Shown here: positions 32,416 through 44,400 of the stretch, piece by piece | Position numbering within the stretch: position 1 is the stretch's first letter | Layout of the letters: every line of letters begins with the position of its first letter | IMG/VR virus record: IMGVR_UViG_3300049893_000311 | Location: 1-62,278 of that record | Strand: one strand, 5' to 3' | Length of the DNA: 62,278 nucleotides | DNA from: a virus | Lineage: Duplodnaviria; Caudoviricetes | Notes under the pieces: generated by a model | The model's input: the letters and a program-made list of their open reading frames with translations, nothing else | The model's database searches: none | Told to the model about the DNA's origin: nothing | Position numbers and translations under genes: made by a program

Positions 32416-32810
32416 TAAATTTCCTCGCCGTCAAGATGGAATTCAGCCTCGGCGTCCGAAACTTCGATCACTTGCGAGTAATCAAACCCGTAATCGCCCA
32501 GAGGGGCGGTGACCAGACATTTCTTAGCATTGCTGATTATGTATATTTTACCATCTTTGGCGTTCTGAATCAAGGTTCCGTCTCTGAACCCGAGTGTTCC
32601 GACAATTTTGCGTGGGAACGAATCGGCCAACCTATCCAGAGGATAGACGGGAAGCCCCCATGATGCCAAGGCCCGGTCACTATAGAATCTATATCCATTA
32701 CCACCCTTAGCCATAAATACTATAGAACCCCAAGAATAGACTAATCCATCAATTACCTTATCTATAGGATAATATAAAATTTCTTGATCTCTTTGTTTCT
32801 TAAAGAACAT
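32415..32810 (-). CDS. Hypothetical protein (leaderless)
   Basis: GFRDGTLI......G.IY.I motif; promoter upstream. Confidence 0.75.
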   Translation of the reverse strand: MFFKKQRDQEILYYPIDKVIDGLVYSWGSIVFMAKGGNGYRFYSDRALASWGLPVYPLDRLADSFPRKIVGTLGFRDGTLIQNAKDGKIYIISNAKKCLVTAPLGDYGFDYSQVIEVSDAEAEFHLDGEEI

Positions 32811-32816
32811 ATCTAT

Positions 32817-32845
32817 ATGGTAGCCCCTCGCTAATAGCCTGTCAA
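32817..32845 (-). promoter_or_regulatory. Promoter TTGACA-17-TACCAT, leaderless
   Basis: ATG 6 nt after -10. Confidence 0.75.
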
Positions 32846-32849
32846 GTAG

Positions 32850-35800
32850 TTATTCTACGACGTTGTAGGTGATGCGGAGACGACGCACTCCGACCATTAC
32901 CTCGGAGCCGAAGTAGACAGGACTTCCGTCATAGGCACTCAGCAGAACGCCTCGGTACCTAGTTCCAGTAGTGCTGGTCCCCCAGAGAGACTTGGTTCCC
33001 ATGTTTGAAATATCAAACCAGGCCACTCGTGATGGGGAGGTAAACCTTGAATACTGTGACGTTAGATTTGGAATAGAAATGGAGTTCGGATAATTTGAGG
33101 CATATGGCGTCGTAGCCCCGGTCGATCCTTGGAAGTAAATACTGTTCGGCTCACCAGTAGAAATTTCTAGTTCCATTTCTACCTTTACGATAGAGGAGTC
33201 TGGATAGACACCTGAAGTATCAGTCGAAGATACCAACTGGTCATAAATGGTGTAAACGCTATTCTTCAGGGTCCCCTGCATTTCCCCACCGATGTGTGCC
33301 TCTGTTGTAACCATTTCTCCTGTTCCATTAGAGATAAGGGCTCCGTCCTGACCGTAATAACCCCACCACTTCGGGCTAAAGTACACCGTTTTTGTGATCT
33401 TCCTCGTATCAGCGTCCGTTCCAGAAGTACGAGAAACTCCGGAGGGAGCCACGTTAATTCCAACGTCCTCAATAACCAGTTGTGCAGGAGAGTTAGACGC
33501 ACCGTCAAATCTAATGGTTCCTCCTGGGGCACTCACGTCAGACCCTCCATAAATCAAGAACCTATAGTTCCCAGATGTGGGTGGGTTAAAGATTCTTGAC
33601 ACATAACCCATAGTTATATTCTGGTTCGCCTGCTTTCCAAGGCGGTATTTCATGATAACATCGTCTAGTCCAGCGCTAGTATCTGCACGAGGAATAGCGG
33701 GTATCGTAGTTGCGTTAAATCTATATCCGACCATAACATCAACGAACGTAGTGTTCGCATTTGTGTTGTAAATTCGGAACGGGCCAGCGGAGATTTTATA
33801 CATTCTTCCGGAATCCAAGTTGTCAGCAGAAACTTCAAGATATGGCACTCCGGAGGAATAGGTGACGCCACCTGACCAGTTGGTGTGTGGCACTTCGGCG
33901 TTTACAAAGTCCTGATTGCTTGACCTATTACCTCGTGCCACAACCCCTCGACCAACATCTGTAAGATATTCTACAAGGCTAGTGCTTCCAACCGTCACAT
34001 CATCTGTGAATGATCCAGCCTCAGCCTGAATACTTGATGTGGCTCCGTCGAGAACCATATTTCCACCAAGTTTAATGAAGTCTCCTGAGTCAGACGAATC
34101 AGCCATAAGACTAACCGTTTCATTTCCGTGCTCGTCAAACAGGCGGATACCAGCATCGGTTAGTTCTCCGGAAGTTCTTCCATCGATAGAGAGCCATACA
34201 TCTTCTATATACAGGAGACCCTTTTCTGCCGTTCCCGTGTTTTTGAATACCGCGCGTACATACCCCGCACCGGGGCTGTCCCACTTTAGCAGACTAGTGC
34301 CAGCGGTCGCAGGAGTTAAACTTTCAGTCAATGTTACGATTCCCCCAGTTGGTACGGTAACTGTTGGTGATCCGAATGCCAGCGTAGCAGAATATTCAAA
34401 GGTTACCTGCAACTGCTGGTTAATATCTCCATAGTAGTAAAACCCGAGGTTGTAGGTAGAGTCTGCTGTAATCTCAACAGGATCAGATGTTAGGCTAGTT
34501 CCATGAGTAGTTGTTGTTGAACCTTTTCCAAGAACGGCCTTGGCTAGTCCACTTCTCGCCCTGCTGGTGAAGGTGAACGGGTCTGTAACCGCTGTTGTCC
34601 CGTATTTCAGAGTAGCCGTGTCAACGAGAGTATTCATCGAAGAGGTGGCCGCAGTAGCAACGACTAGAATTGCCACCCTAATAGAATCGAAAAATCCGTT
34701 GGCGGTGAAGTTGACCGTTGGGCTGGTCTGCCACGAGCCGGTGGTAGTTAAGGCTGCTGACTGCACCATGCTTGCAGTATCGGTAACCTTGGCTGCACGG
34801 GGGCTCCATGTTCCATTGGTAGCGCCAGATGTAGCATATGTAAAGGTTGTTGTGCCGGTGACAGTAATAGTCTTTGCACCATTAAAGTTTTGTAGTGTTG
34901 GGTCGTTGTTGTAGTACACACCCTCAATTTCTACCGAGTCCGAAGTGGCCAGCCCGTGTGGAGCGACCGTTGTCACTGTTACTAGGTTGGTTCCAGAGGT
35001 AGTCACAGAAGAAATACCGATTTGGCCGGTCAACCTGAACCTAAGGTCTGCTGTTGTGCGAGAGGAAATATTGTATTTAAAGTTTCCCGCCATAACACTT
35101 GTAGAACCATAAGCAATTGGGACAGACTGAACAACACCATAAATTGCTCCGGAAGCCATTGCTGTTGGGTTCAATTTCTGAGTACGGCTGTATGACAGGT
35201 ACCCGTTAGGCGTTGCTGCGCTGTAGGAGTCTGACACAGATGTACCGGCGGTGTAGGCAACTCTATAAGTTGGGCTTATGGGAACATAGGTAACAGATGA
35301 ACCTGTACCAGTAATATCAAGTGCCGCACCGCCAGGGCTAGCAGAAAGTTGGAAGGTGGTACTCGTCGCATTAATGATATAGTACGTCGTATTTGTAGAG
35401 ACTCCTGTGGTGGTTCCCAGGCTAGAGAAGAATATAGAGTCTCCATTTTCAAACGTGTGGGGGTTGGTGGTTGTGAATAAGTCTGTGGCGGTCGTGCTTG
35501 TGGCGGTTAGGCTTCCCCAGACCATCTGCGTGCCGGTGTAGTTTGTCAAGTCTGTCACCGTAAAGCGATCTGCGGTAGAAATGGCGATCTTGTTTTCAAG
35601 AGTCACGATCCTGTTGGTGGTGGTAGACTCCTTGAATAGAATCCTATTTGTTGGGCCAGGAGTGCTACCGTTATAGTCAATTGTTGCAGATGGAGTTACT
35701 GTTCCAGAAGTATATGTCGCCCATCCGGTGCTTACCGTCGGATTTGTAGAGTTTACAGGAACGTACTCAAACCACGGGTTTACCACGAGGTTGTCATCGG

Positions 35801-38800
35801 TTGAATAATCTCCCCATTCTAGAGAATGGAAGGACGCTGAATCGCCGCCAATTCTTGCCGTTGTCCAACCAGGAATTGTTCCGGAGTTGGAAAGCGTTAC
35901 CGGGGAGCGCTGCTTAACCCTTGGATATACCCCAGTATCCTCAAACGATCCATTTTGGACTAGGTTAGATCCGAATAGACCGAGACTGATCTTATTTGTT
36001 GCCAGCGAGCCCGTGCTGATTGAATTTCCATCAATAACCGTCAGAGCCGCGCCGGTAAATGGAGAAGGGGTTGATAGATAACCAACCTGCTTCTCGATCA
36101 TCATTCCATCGATGTAGTATGTTCCTACAGCACTAAATGATCTAAGTCCTAGAACGGCAAGGTCGTCTGACGCACCGGTCGTAAATGATGCGTAGATTCT
36201 TTGCCATGATCCGGAAGGAATTGCCGTGGTGCCACCAACCACCGTCGCGGCATAGTCGTTATTCAATCCGGTGCTCTGAGGCTTATACCTAAATGAAATT
36301 GTCTGGGTTGATCCAGTCCCCTGATAAATATATCCAGAGATTATGTATGTTGTACTGGGAAGAACTCTAAAGTTATAGTCAGTATTGTTAACCCCCAGAA
36401 ACACAGTATTGTTAGGTTGAACTGTTGTTACAACCTTGATAGACTGTGATCCGAATTTCTCCTGCTCTGTAGATGCCAGCGCGGTAGCGTTAACACCATC
36501 CATCTTTCCAACGTAGTAATAATCCTCCCACTCAAAGTCCGACCACTGTGGGGGCAGAAGATTGTTGCCCTGTCCACCGATCAGCACCTTATCTGCGCTT
36601 AGGCTCCCAGCAGCAATTCTTGCGGCGTTAAGCGTGCCGGTCGTGATATTGTCAGCATTGAGTGCCGTTGTCGCAATTCTAGCCGCATCTAGAGTTCCAG
36701 TGGTTATGTTTGTTGCACTTAGATTTGTGACAGAAACCTGTGAAGCGTTAAGTGTGCCTGTAGTAATTTTATCAGCGCTTAGTGTTCCGGTGACAATCTG
36801 ACCACCGTCAATCACTGTTCCTGGCTTTACAAATCCTGACGGGGTGTTCTGTGTTCCAACTCTTTCCTCCATCATTACACCGTCAATATACTGGACCCCT
36901 GAGGTTGCCGCAAAGATGATACTGATGTTTACCGTTGTGTCGGCTGCCGCCGTGTAGGTACCATATACTCTAGTCCAGGTGCTTGCGGTAGTGTCATCGA
37001 CAAGGTTCGACAGAGTGGTGTCTGCTCCGCCGCTCGGCTTGACCCTTAGGGTCGCTCCGGTGCCGCTCGTGATTGTCGAATATACATATGCTGAGATAAT
37101 ATATGTCTTTCCATTTAGAACAGGAATATTGTAGGTTGTGGCGCTGGTATTGAAATATACACCCTCTGATGCCGCGTCTACGGTTACAGCCAGAGCACGC
37201 GCACCGAACTTAAACTGGGTTGCTGATGTCTGAACCAGTGTCGGGGTTCCAACAAATGCTGGCCTTAGTGCTCCTCCAGAATCGTACATCGTGCTTGTAA
37301 GTTCGAAGTCTGCCCACTCTTGGGGAACCATGTTTGAAGCATTTCCACCAATATTTATCTTGTTTGCATTAATTCCTGTTGCGTTAATATGGTTGGTATC
37401 GATTTCACCAGCCTTGATCTTTGCAGCAATCACCGCGTCGGTGGCAATTTGGGTAGCAGTAATAGCATTGGCATTAATATCGGCAGTGTCAGCCTTGGAC
37501 AATTGTACTGCGCTAGAAACCGTTCCAGCCGCAGCGGAGCCATCAACATCCTTCGCAATAATCTTGAAAAAATAATCTGTAGAATATGCAAGGGCGGCTC
37601 CAGACCCATCAGTCTTAACGAACATATATGTTCCATCTATCTCTCCAACCTTCGTACTTCCAGATGGAGTAAATCCTGATGCCGTTCCAACATGGACCTC
37701 GTAGGTCACAGGATTAGTGTTTGCAACCGCAGACCATCTAACGTGTACTCCGTTAATTCCAGAGATAACAGATCCGGCGGCAGCGAGACTTGGGCTGGAA
37801 GCCGGTGCTGCACCATCCTTTATTACTACAGAGGACCCAACTGTTATGCTCGCCGGAGTTGTAGCAACCCATCCCGTATCTGTTGTTGGGTTTCCAACAG
37901 CATCAAGAGTTCTTACCCTTGCCCAGTACGGAGTTCCTGGGGTGAGTCCGGTAAATGATTCTACACCGGAGGCTCCTGCCAGACCTCCTGGCTGAATCTT
38001 GGTAACCTTGCCAGTTGTAAATCCAGAGTTTGTAGCAATTTGGATTTCTGTTCTTCCATTTCCGTTAATGAAGTCAGTATCAGACGGTCCAGTCCATGCC
38101 ACCATAAGGCTTGTAGCACCTGTAGTTAATGTAACAGAGGTTGGGGCTGCCGGGGCTGTAGTGTCTACAGCCTGTGTAACCGGAGAGCCGGTGGAGGCTA
38201 CCCATGTTCCAGAAACTCTACCCATAACATCATAAGATGCCATTTCAACCGTGTAAGCAACCCCAACAGAAAGGCCTCTAATAATGTATGTTGTGGCAGA
38301 CTTATTGATATCAATTTCTGTGTATTGACCAGCAGTATCGCTAGACTTTCTATACCTAACTTTAAATCCAGCAAGAATCGGGCTAGACGGTCCAGAAATA
38401 GAGGTGAGAACAATCTGTGCTGTTCTATTGGTCGGATCATTTGTATCATAACTTCCAGTTGCGGTGCTGGTTGGTCCAGTTAACGTACTTGTAGCAACAA
38501 TGCTAACTTCTGTGCTGTACGATGTGCTGTAGCGTCCGAACTTATCACGAGTTCTTGCTCTAAAGTAATATGTCCCAGAGTATGCAGATGGCAGGGCATA
38601 TCTAAAGAATGTTGCATTTCCAGTATAGACAACCGTGGTGCTTCCTGTTCCAGTACCGTATAGTTCATATGAGTCAAGTATGCCGCTAGTGTCTGAAACC
38701 GCTGGCCATGAAATATAGATACCACCAGCATCGATAACTGGCGTAGCAAGCACCGGCGCTGCCAGCGCAGCAGGAGCAGCATCGGTCGCGGCAGCGTTAA

Positions 38801-39863
38801 GTTCAGTATATGTTGCAGAGATATTGCCAGAAGCATCAATCGCCCATACTCGAACGTAGAAGGGGTCGAGTTCAACAGACCCGAAGGCATTGATATTATC
38901 CTGCAGGCTAAGTTCAAATCTCGGACCCTCGGAGTAGAAGGTTTTTGTAACAGTGTTTCCGTTGTTTCTTATATCGATCTGATATCTTACAACATCTAGA
39001 TCCGCAGGAGGGGTCCAGGTCAGAACATATGAAGTACCCTGCCAGGCGTCAGCGAGCGCAGTTGGAACCGCTGGCGGGGTAGTGTCTGTTCCAACAGACC
39101 CGGCAGTCTCAGAATCCTCAGCAGACCATGTAGTCTGACCAAAGATATCAACGGCCCCAACACGGTAGTACCTAAGTCCAGTGGTTATATGATTAAACTC
39201 TCTAACCTTACCACGGTAAATCTCTGTACCAGTGACAGGGGGATTCGCCATAGACGCTGTGTGAGACTGTAGGACATATTCCACGGTATCTGCTCCACCG
39301 GCTGTCCATGTGAGGTTAATTCCTCCACCGAACGGTGTGCTAGTAATCGTTCCTACCGACGGTGCCGCGTTTGTGGCGTTAGCGGTATCAGGAGCCGAAC
39401 GGTTGTTAGTAGTATCCCTAGCATAAATTCTTGCATATAGAGTTGGAGTTGCTGTTCCGTACAACTCTTTATTCATCTTATATGTGAATTCAAACTGGTG
39501 GGCCCTATCTACCGCTGAAAGATCCTTAGGTTTATTATGTTCTGGAATAAGATATGTCGCATCTGCTGTTCCGAAAGTAACATCGCTTACCTCTAGAATA
39601 TAGTCCTTCATATCATTTAGAACTGTTCCGTCCGCATTGTATATTGGGGCGGTCCATGTAATTATGAACGAGTCAATTGTTGGTGTGACAGTTAGGTCAG
39701 TTACGGCTGCCGGAGCCTTGTCGCCGGTTCCTGCTGATGTATCAGAGAATACATCGATCTCATAAGTTGGTGACCATTCACCGGCCTGTCCATCGAAAAT
39801 ACCACGAACACGAACGTCGTACTTGAAACCTGGCGCTAGGCCATTGATACCTAGTTCTGTCAC
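32850..39863 (-). CDS. Large minor tail / host-specificity protein (FN3 repeats, carbohydrate-binding-like domains)
   Basis: Repeated FN3 motifs (W..P, Y..RV.A.D..G..S), ITTGTL.A..I repeats, two W.RIY/YIDG.M.E domains. Confidence 0.8.
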   Translation of the reverse strand: MTELGINGLAPGFKYDVRVRGIFDGQAGEWSPTYEIDVFSDTSAGTGDKAPAAVTDLTVTPTIDSFIITWTAPIYNADGTVLNDMKDYILEVSDVTFGTADATYLIPEHNKPKDLSAVDRAHQFEFTYKMNKELYGTATPTLYARIYARDTTNNRSAPDTANATNAAPSVGTITSTPFGGGINLTWTAGGADTVEYVLQSHTASMANPPVTGTEIYRGKVREFNHITTGLRYYRVGAVDIFGQTTWSAEDSETAGSVGTDTTPPAVPTALADAWQGTSYVLTWTPPADLDVVRYQIDIRNNGNTVTKTFYSEGPRFELSLQDNINAFGSVELDPFYVRVWAIDASGNISATYTELNAAATDAAPAALAAPVLATPVIDAGGIYISWPAVSDTSGILDSYELYGTGTGSTTVVYTGNATFFRYALPSAYSGTYYFRARTRDKFGRYSTSYSTEVSIVATSTLTGPTSTATGSYDTNDPTNRTAQIVLTSISGPSSPILAGFKVRYRKSSDTAGQYTEIDINKSATTYIIRGLSVGVAYTVEMASYDVMGRVSGTWVASTGSPVTQAVDTTAPAAPTSVTLTTGATSLMVAWTGPSDTDFINGNGRTEIQIATNSGFTTGKVTKIQPGGLAGASGVESFTGLTPGTPYWARVRTLDAVGNPTTDTGWVATTPASITVGSSVVIKDGAAPASSPSLAAAGSVISGINGVHVRWSAVANTNPVTYEVHVGTASGFTPSGSTKVGEIDGTYMFVKTDGSGAALAYSTDYFFKIIAKDVDGSAAAGTVSSAVQLSKADTADINANAITATQIATDAVIAAKIKAGEIDTNHINATGINANKINIGGNASNMVPQEWADFELTSTMYDSGGALRPAFVGTPTLVQTSATQFKFGARALAVTVDAASEGVYFNTSATTYNIPVLNGKTYIISAYVYSTITSGTGATLRVKPSGGADTTLSNLVDDTTASTWTRVYGTYTAAADTTVNISIIFAATSGVQYIDGVMMEERVGTQNTPSGFVKPGTVIDGGQIVTGTLSADKITTGTLNASQVSVTNLSATNITTGTLDAARIATTALNADNITTGTLNAARIAAGSLSADKVLIGGQGNNLLPPQWSDFEWEDYYYVGKMDGVNATALASTEQEKFGSQSIKVVTTVQPNNTVFLGVNNTDYNFRVLPSTTYIISGYIYQGTGSTQTISFRYKPQSTGLNNDYAATVVGGTTAIPSGSWQRIYASFTTGASDDLAVLGLRSFSAVGTYYIDGMMIEKQVGYLSTPSPFTGAALTVIDGNSISTGSLATNKISLGLFGSNLVQNGSFEDTGVYPRVKQRSPVTLSNSGTIPGWTTARIGGDSASFHSLEWGDYSTDDNLVVNPWFEYVPVNSTNPTVSTGWATYTSGTVTPSATIDYNGSTPGPTNRILFKESTTTNRIVTLENKIAISTADRFTVTDLTNYTGTQMVWGSLTATSTTATDLFTTTNPHTFENGDSIFFSSLGTTTGVSTNTTYYIINATSTTFQLSASPGGAALDITGTGSSVTYVPISPTYRVAYTAGTSVSDSYSAATPNGYLSYSRTQKLNPTAMASGAIYGVVQSVPIAYGSTSVMAGNFKYNISSRTTADLRFRLTGQIGISSVTTSGTNLVTVTTVAPHGLATSDSVEIEGVYYNNDPTLQNFNGAKTITVTGTTTFTYATSGATNGTWSPRAAKVTDTASMVQSAALTTTGSWQTSPTVNFTANGFFDSIRVAILVVATAATSSMNTLVDTATLKYGTTAVTDPFTFTSRARSGLAKAVLGKGSTTTTHGTSLTSDPVEITADSTYNLGFYYYGDINQQLQVTFEYSATLAFGSPTVTVPTGGIVTLTESLTPATAGTSLLKWDSPGAGYVRAVFKNTGTAEKGLLYIEDVWLSIDGRTSGELTDAGIRLFDEHGNETVSLMADSSDSGDFIKLGGNMVLDGATSSIQAEAGSFTDDVTVGSTSLVEYLTDVGRGVVARGNRSSNQDFVNAEVPHTNWSGGVTYSSGVPYLEVSADNLDSGRMYKISAGPFRIYNTNANTTFVDVMVGYRFNATTIPAIPRADTSAGLDDVIMKYRLGKQANQNITMGYVSRIFNPPTSGNYRFLIYGGSDVSAPGGTIRFDGASNSPAQLVIEDVGINVAPSGVSRTSGTDADTRKITKTVYFSPKWWGYYGQDGALISNGTGEMVTTEAHIGGEMQGTLKNSVYTIYDQLVSSTDTSGVYPDSSIVKVEMELEISTGEPNSIYFQGSTGATTPYASNYPNSISIPNLTSQYSRFTSPSRVAWFDISNMGTKSLWGTSTTGTRYRGVLLSAYDGSPVYFGSEVMVGVRRLRITYNVVE

Positions 39864-41050
39864 AGGTTAAACACCAACTTATATTCGATATCCATTACCT
39901 TTCCGGCGCTCTTGATGGCTAGCGGAGGAGCATAGTAAACACCTGTTCCATCAGCAGTTAATAGATCAATGGCTGCGCCACCAACTGTCAGTGCGACCTG
40001 AAATGTATTGGTTGTTGGATTAACAACATAGTATTTTGTATTCGCTGAAATTCCAGTGGTAGTAGTAACCGTCTTAAAGATAATTTCATCTCCGGCACGA
40101 AGCCCGTGATTATTGTATGTAACAGTATTGGGAGTGACCTGGAAGGTACATGAAATTTCAGTACCAGCAGCAACCCTGGAAACAAGTACCGAGTTTAGGT
40201 TAAGGTCGTCCTTGTCGAGCATTCCAATGAAGTCCCATGCACCCTGACCGTATGCAGAGGTTCCAGCAGAAGCCGAACCGTTTGTACGAACAGTGATCTT
40301 GACTATATTAGACCAGTCGAATGCAGCATTTGATAGAGTAAAGTTACCCTTATTTACCCTATAGATATTGTACTGTGCCACCCCTTCCGCCGGAACGTGT
40401 GTGGTAACGTTGGTCGTTGGAATTGTTGCAGTATAGCCAGCGCCATCAGTAAATGTAAGTACGAGAGTAGACAACTTAGCGGTCCATGAAATGTGACCGA
40501 ACACGACCTGATCAGTGGAAGAATATCCGCTAAGGTCTAGATTCTTGTAGTAGTCATAACTGATCCAGCCGCTGTTGGTCTGGATGCTTGCATACTCATA
40601 TTCTGTTCCAACCCTAGCAGGTGCGTATGAATATGCGTCTGTCTGCACAACAGTACCGCTGGTAGAGGCTGTCCAAGTTTCGTAGGGCGCGAAGGTGGTG
40701 ATGATCTGTGTGGCATATGCACCTGTTAGACTATCTAGTTTCAGGGTCGAAAGTCCACTCTCATAAATTCTACCGGCCCAGTTTGAGTCTAGCGTGGCCT
40801 TAAATAGCACGGTCTGGTTGGTGTAATCAACAGACTTCATAATCACCGGAGCCGCAGCCGTCTGGTACCCCAGCCTCATATCTCCCACAACTGGGGCGGT
40901 CCCATCGAGCCCCACGAGAATTGACCCAGCATAGTCCGGAACCATCTTGGCTAGATACCTGAGAACAGCCGACTTACCAGCCGTTGTAATCAGATTATCT
41001 CTCTGACCGACTAGTTCGCCATCCTCATAGAAAGAAAATGTACCCCTCAT
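39860..41050 (-). CDS. Minor tail protein
   Basis: N-terminal NLITT.GK motif; position in tail module. Confidence 0.7.
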   Translation of the reverse strand: MRGTFSFYEDGELVGQRDNLITTAGKSAVLRYLAKMVPDYAGSILVGLDGTAPVVGDMRLGYQTAAAPVIMKSVDYTNQTVLFKATLDSNWAGRIYESGLSTLKLDSLTGAYATQIITTFAPYETWTASTSGTVVQTDAYSYAPARVGTEYEYASIQTNSGWISYDYYKNLDLSGYSSTDQVVFGHISWTAKLSTLVLTFTDGAGYTATIPTTNVTTHVPAEGVAQYNIYRVNKGNFTLSNAAFDWSNIVKITVRTNGSASAGTSAYGQGAWDFIGMLDKDDLNLNSVLVSRVAAGTEISCTFQVTPNTVTYNNHGLRAGDEIIFKTVTTTTGISANTKYYVVNPTTNTFQVALTVGGAAIDLLTADGTGVYYAPPLAIKSAGKVMDIEYKLVFNL

Positions 41051-41391
41051 TGCTTTGCCCAGATCACCTCGTATTTAGTAGCACCAACGTCTGAAACGTC
41101 GAATTTGATATCGTATACAACCTCGCCAGTCGCCAAAACTCTGCGGGTCTTGGTAACGCTGGTCAAGTCTATTGTCGGTACCGGATAAAACCCGGTTCCG
41201 GTGGTATCAATTGGCAGTTCTAGACCCGCTAGGCTGCCATCCAGATCTGGGTCGATGTATCCAACATCGCCCTCTACAAGAACATCGTCAAAGTCGTCAA
41301 CATCTACGGTGTCAACATAGGCCTCGTTAATCTCTAGAGATTGGGCCTTGGTATCTTCTACGGTAATCTTGGGAGGTAGTTTTTCCGCCAT
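41047..41391 (-). CDS. Acidic hypothetical tail-region protein
   Basis: Leaderless promoter TTGATT-17-TAGAAT at 41399-41427. Confidence 0.7.
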   Translation of the reverse strand: MAEKLPPKITVEDTKAQSLEINEAYVDTVDVDDFDDVLVEGDVGYIDPDLDGSLAGLELPIDTTGTGFYPVPTIDLTSVTKTRRVLATGEVVYDIKFDVSDVGATKYEVIWAKQ

Positions 41392-41423
41392 ATCTCAAAT
41401 TCTAGCATATCAGACAGCATAAA

Positions 41424-44400
41424 TCAAACGGAGTCTACGGCCTGCGTGGTGTAGCCAGGAGGCTTGGCGGCGTTGGCCTCTACGCTGTCATCGTTAGTTG
41501 TGTAGTTCTTGGCCGGTGGACTGGTAATTCTCATTGACATAGAAATGTTAGTATCCAGACCATTATTCCAACCGTTAGAAACCTTGGTTACCACATAGGT
41601 AAAGTTAGCAATCCTCTTACCGGGCCAGTACACGCTCACAATGTCACCCACCTGGATTAGAGGGTTTCCATAAATTTCAAGATCATAATTGCTGGTCTGG
41701 GTTCCGAACCTGTCCCTAATAAACTTTCCAAGGTCTTCCGCCGACTCTCGGCGTTGAATCCAGGTACCAGTCAACTCCACAGTCTTTTCACCGAACTGAT
41801 CAATAAGATCCTTGTCTTTATAGTCTAGAGTCTGCTCAGCACCCAGGAACAGCGTGCTTCCCGCAATTAGGAAGGTTTCATTTCTTCTGGCGTCAGCAAC
41901 ATTAGTCTCCCTCTCTCCGTTAACCATCTGCAACTTCTCGCTTCTATTGTGGAGCGTGAACGATGCCCCGAGGGGACGCTTCTTATAACGACTCACCATA
42001 ACATTCTTATTACTTGAAATGATTTCCTGTGAGGTGGCTGGCATCTCAAAGTCCGCCTTGTAGTGGGCGATCTCTCTGGCCGTAGCCCACCCGCCGTGGT
42101 TAAAGTTGTAAACCCAACACCTAGCGTCGCTCTTCCTGCTCATCCAATGCTGCAAATACTTGTTGAACAACTTATCCCCAGGAGCAGCCTTATCGCTATG
42201 TGCCTTGTCCTTACGGGAAAGGTTATACAGGTACCCTCGCTTGTAGTCATTAATTCCAACCGTATTCACAACATAGAATTTGTCCACAAGAACCTTGCCG
42301 TCGCCCTTGACGAAGAATTGTGCCTTCTTCGTTCTTGAGAGTGTGGCGTCAGACTTATCCGCCCACTCGCCTACGAAGTTTCCGTTAATGAATACGGCGA
42401 AGCGCCAATCCTTGTCGTTTCCTGTAACCAAAACCTCTAGATATGTCCAGTCCGTCTTGGTTACTCTCGGAGACTCGTATGTCTTTTCCTGGCGGTAGTC
42501 TGCGAACTGAACGAAGTCAATTGTTCTTGGCAGTTGCTTTTCCCCACCGGTTCCATTTACCCTGACAACATTCACGTCGGAGGCTAGCGTGCTCAGATTA
42601 ACCCTGTCACCGTCAACGCCCGGAAGAGGTCCGAAGATTTGCGGTGCCACAGAAATATGGTATCCCCCTGCGAAGTGATTTCCTGTGGGGAAGATTACGA
42701 CTCCAATTTCAGGATCATCACCGTCAGCAAACTTGAACTTCACACCAACCCTGTCATACTTATCGTATGAAGCACTGTCCTTCCAGATCTTATACCTAGA
42801 ACCTCCGGTGAAGTTTGTGGTGATCTTTAGGTACCCGCCCTTGTCGCCGCCACTGTCTCTCCTGACAAACTTGATCGGAGCCATATCGTTCTGGCCTGTT
42901 CCGGAGTCCTTAGCAAACTTCATGCACTTCCAGTTCTGCCTGAACTCGTAGTAGATTGCGTTAATTCCAGCAGCAGCAGGGTCGGGAAGTCTTAGCCAGC
43001 CGGTGAAGGTTGGCCTAATTCCGTTGTTCTGTTCAATGGCGTAGATCATATCTGTGTCGCTAGATACCCATACGGTTCCCCCGCCAAACAACTGATACTT
43101 CTTGGCGTCGTATTCGTACATCTTTCCGGTGTCTTCAACAACGAATCTTCCACGGTATTTGAACAGGGTGTCATCAACTGTCTGCACCTTGATTTGTGTA
43201 GCACCCTGCGCGAAACTCTGAATAATCTCTGCAGCACCGACAAACATTGGATCTTCTGCCTTCCACATCGGAGCCCTAGTTGTTCTCCTGTGTCCACGGG
43301 CTGTAAAGAACTTGTTAGCAGCCTTGTACTTGACCTTAGCCCAGTTAAAGATTTCAGACTCCTTACGCTGATCTGAAATAATGTTAGATAGGTGAGCGCC
43401 AGACGGAACTCCGTATAGCGTCAGGTCTGATGTGGTGCCAGACGGCAATTCTGAGTCCCTATCAAATAGGTACTTGCGTGTAGTGATCTGTAGCCTTCCG
43501 AATTCATCAAAGTAGACCGCCAACTGGAAGGAACTTGCGATCTCCTGAATAATCTCCCAGACCTTTTTATCTGGGTCAGCCCAGAACCACTCAATCATAT
43601 AGTCGTCTTCGGTGGCGGTTGACCTGTTAACGTCAGCCCTTCCGAACCCGGCTCCGTCGCACAGAAGCCAGATTGCAGCGAACGCTGGGATATTAGTAAC
43701 AAGCGTCTCCTGAGCATTGGTTTCCTGTAGAGCCTTCGAGTAGTCAACGAGGTTGACTGTGGTGGTGTCCTGGCTCTCCGAGGTCCAGTTATCGCTTACC
43801 ATTGTCAATTGGCGAACGGTCCTGTCTGTGGCTGTTCCACCGATACTAGAGTTGTAGATTAGGTTGACCTGGAACTCTACGAACTCGTCAAGTTTTCCGT
43901 TTAGTAGCGACTGTGAACTTACGGTGTCGAGGAAGCCATCGTCGTTAGAGAATACAATGTTTCCGGTATTTGTGGAAGCAGAGCCAATCATCAGGTCGCC
44001 GTTCTCCATGCCCAACTCGTTGTCAACAGAATATGACTCTGTTCTTTCTGAAAGGTCAATGACTAGGCGAGGAGTGAACTCGATAAGTTCTAGGCTGGCA
44101 TTGACAGCATTTTCTGTTGCAGCAGACGGTAGAATTCTAAGCATAGAGTCAACCGACATTCTGATGCCCTGAATTGATACGCTGTTCGGCGCTGCTGTTG
44201 TGTAGTAGACTGGTGTGGTGGTCCATGTTCCACCGGCTGCCGGTCGATAAATCTCCACGACTCCGTTATCCGAACAGTTAATTCCTGTTGCTACAGTGGT
44301 CCACGAACCTGAAATCTTAACCTCAAACTTAATTCCCTGGGGATTTCCGATGTGCGTATTCATCTTGGCGACAAGTTTATTAGCATCTACCGCTGTGTCG

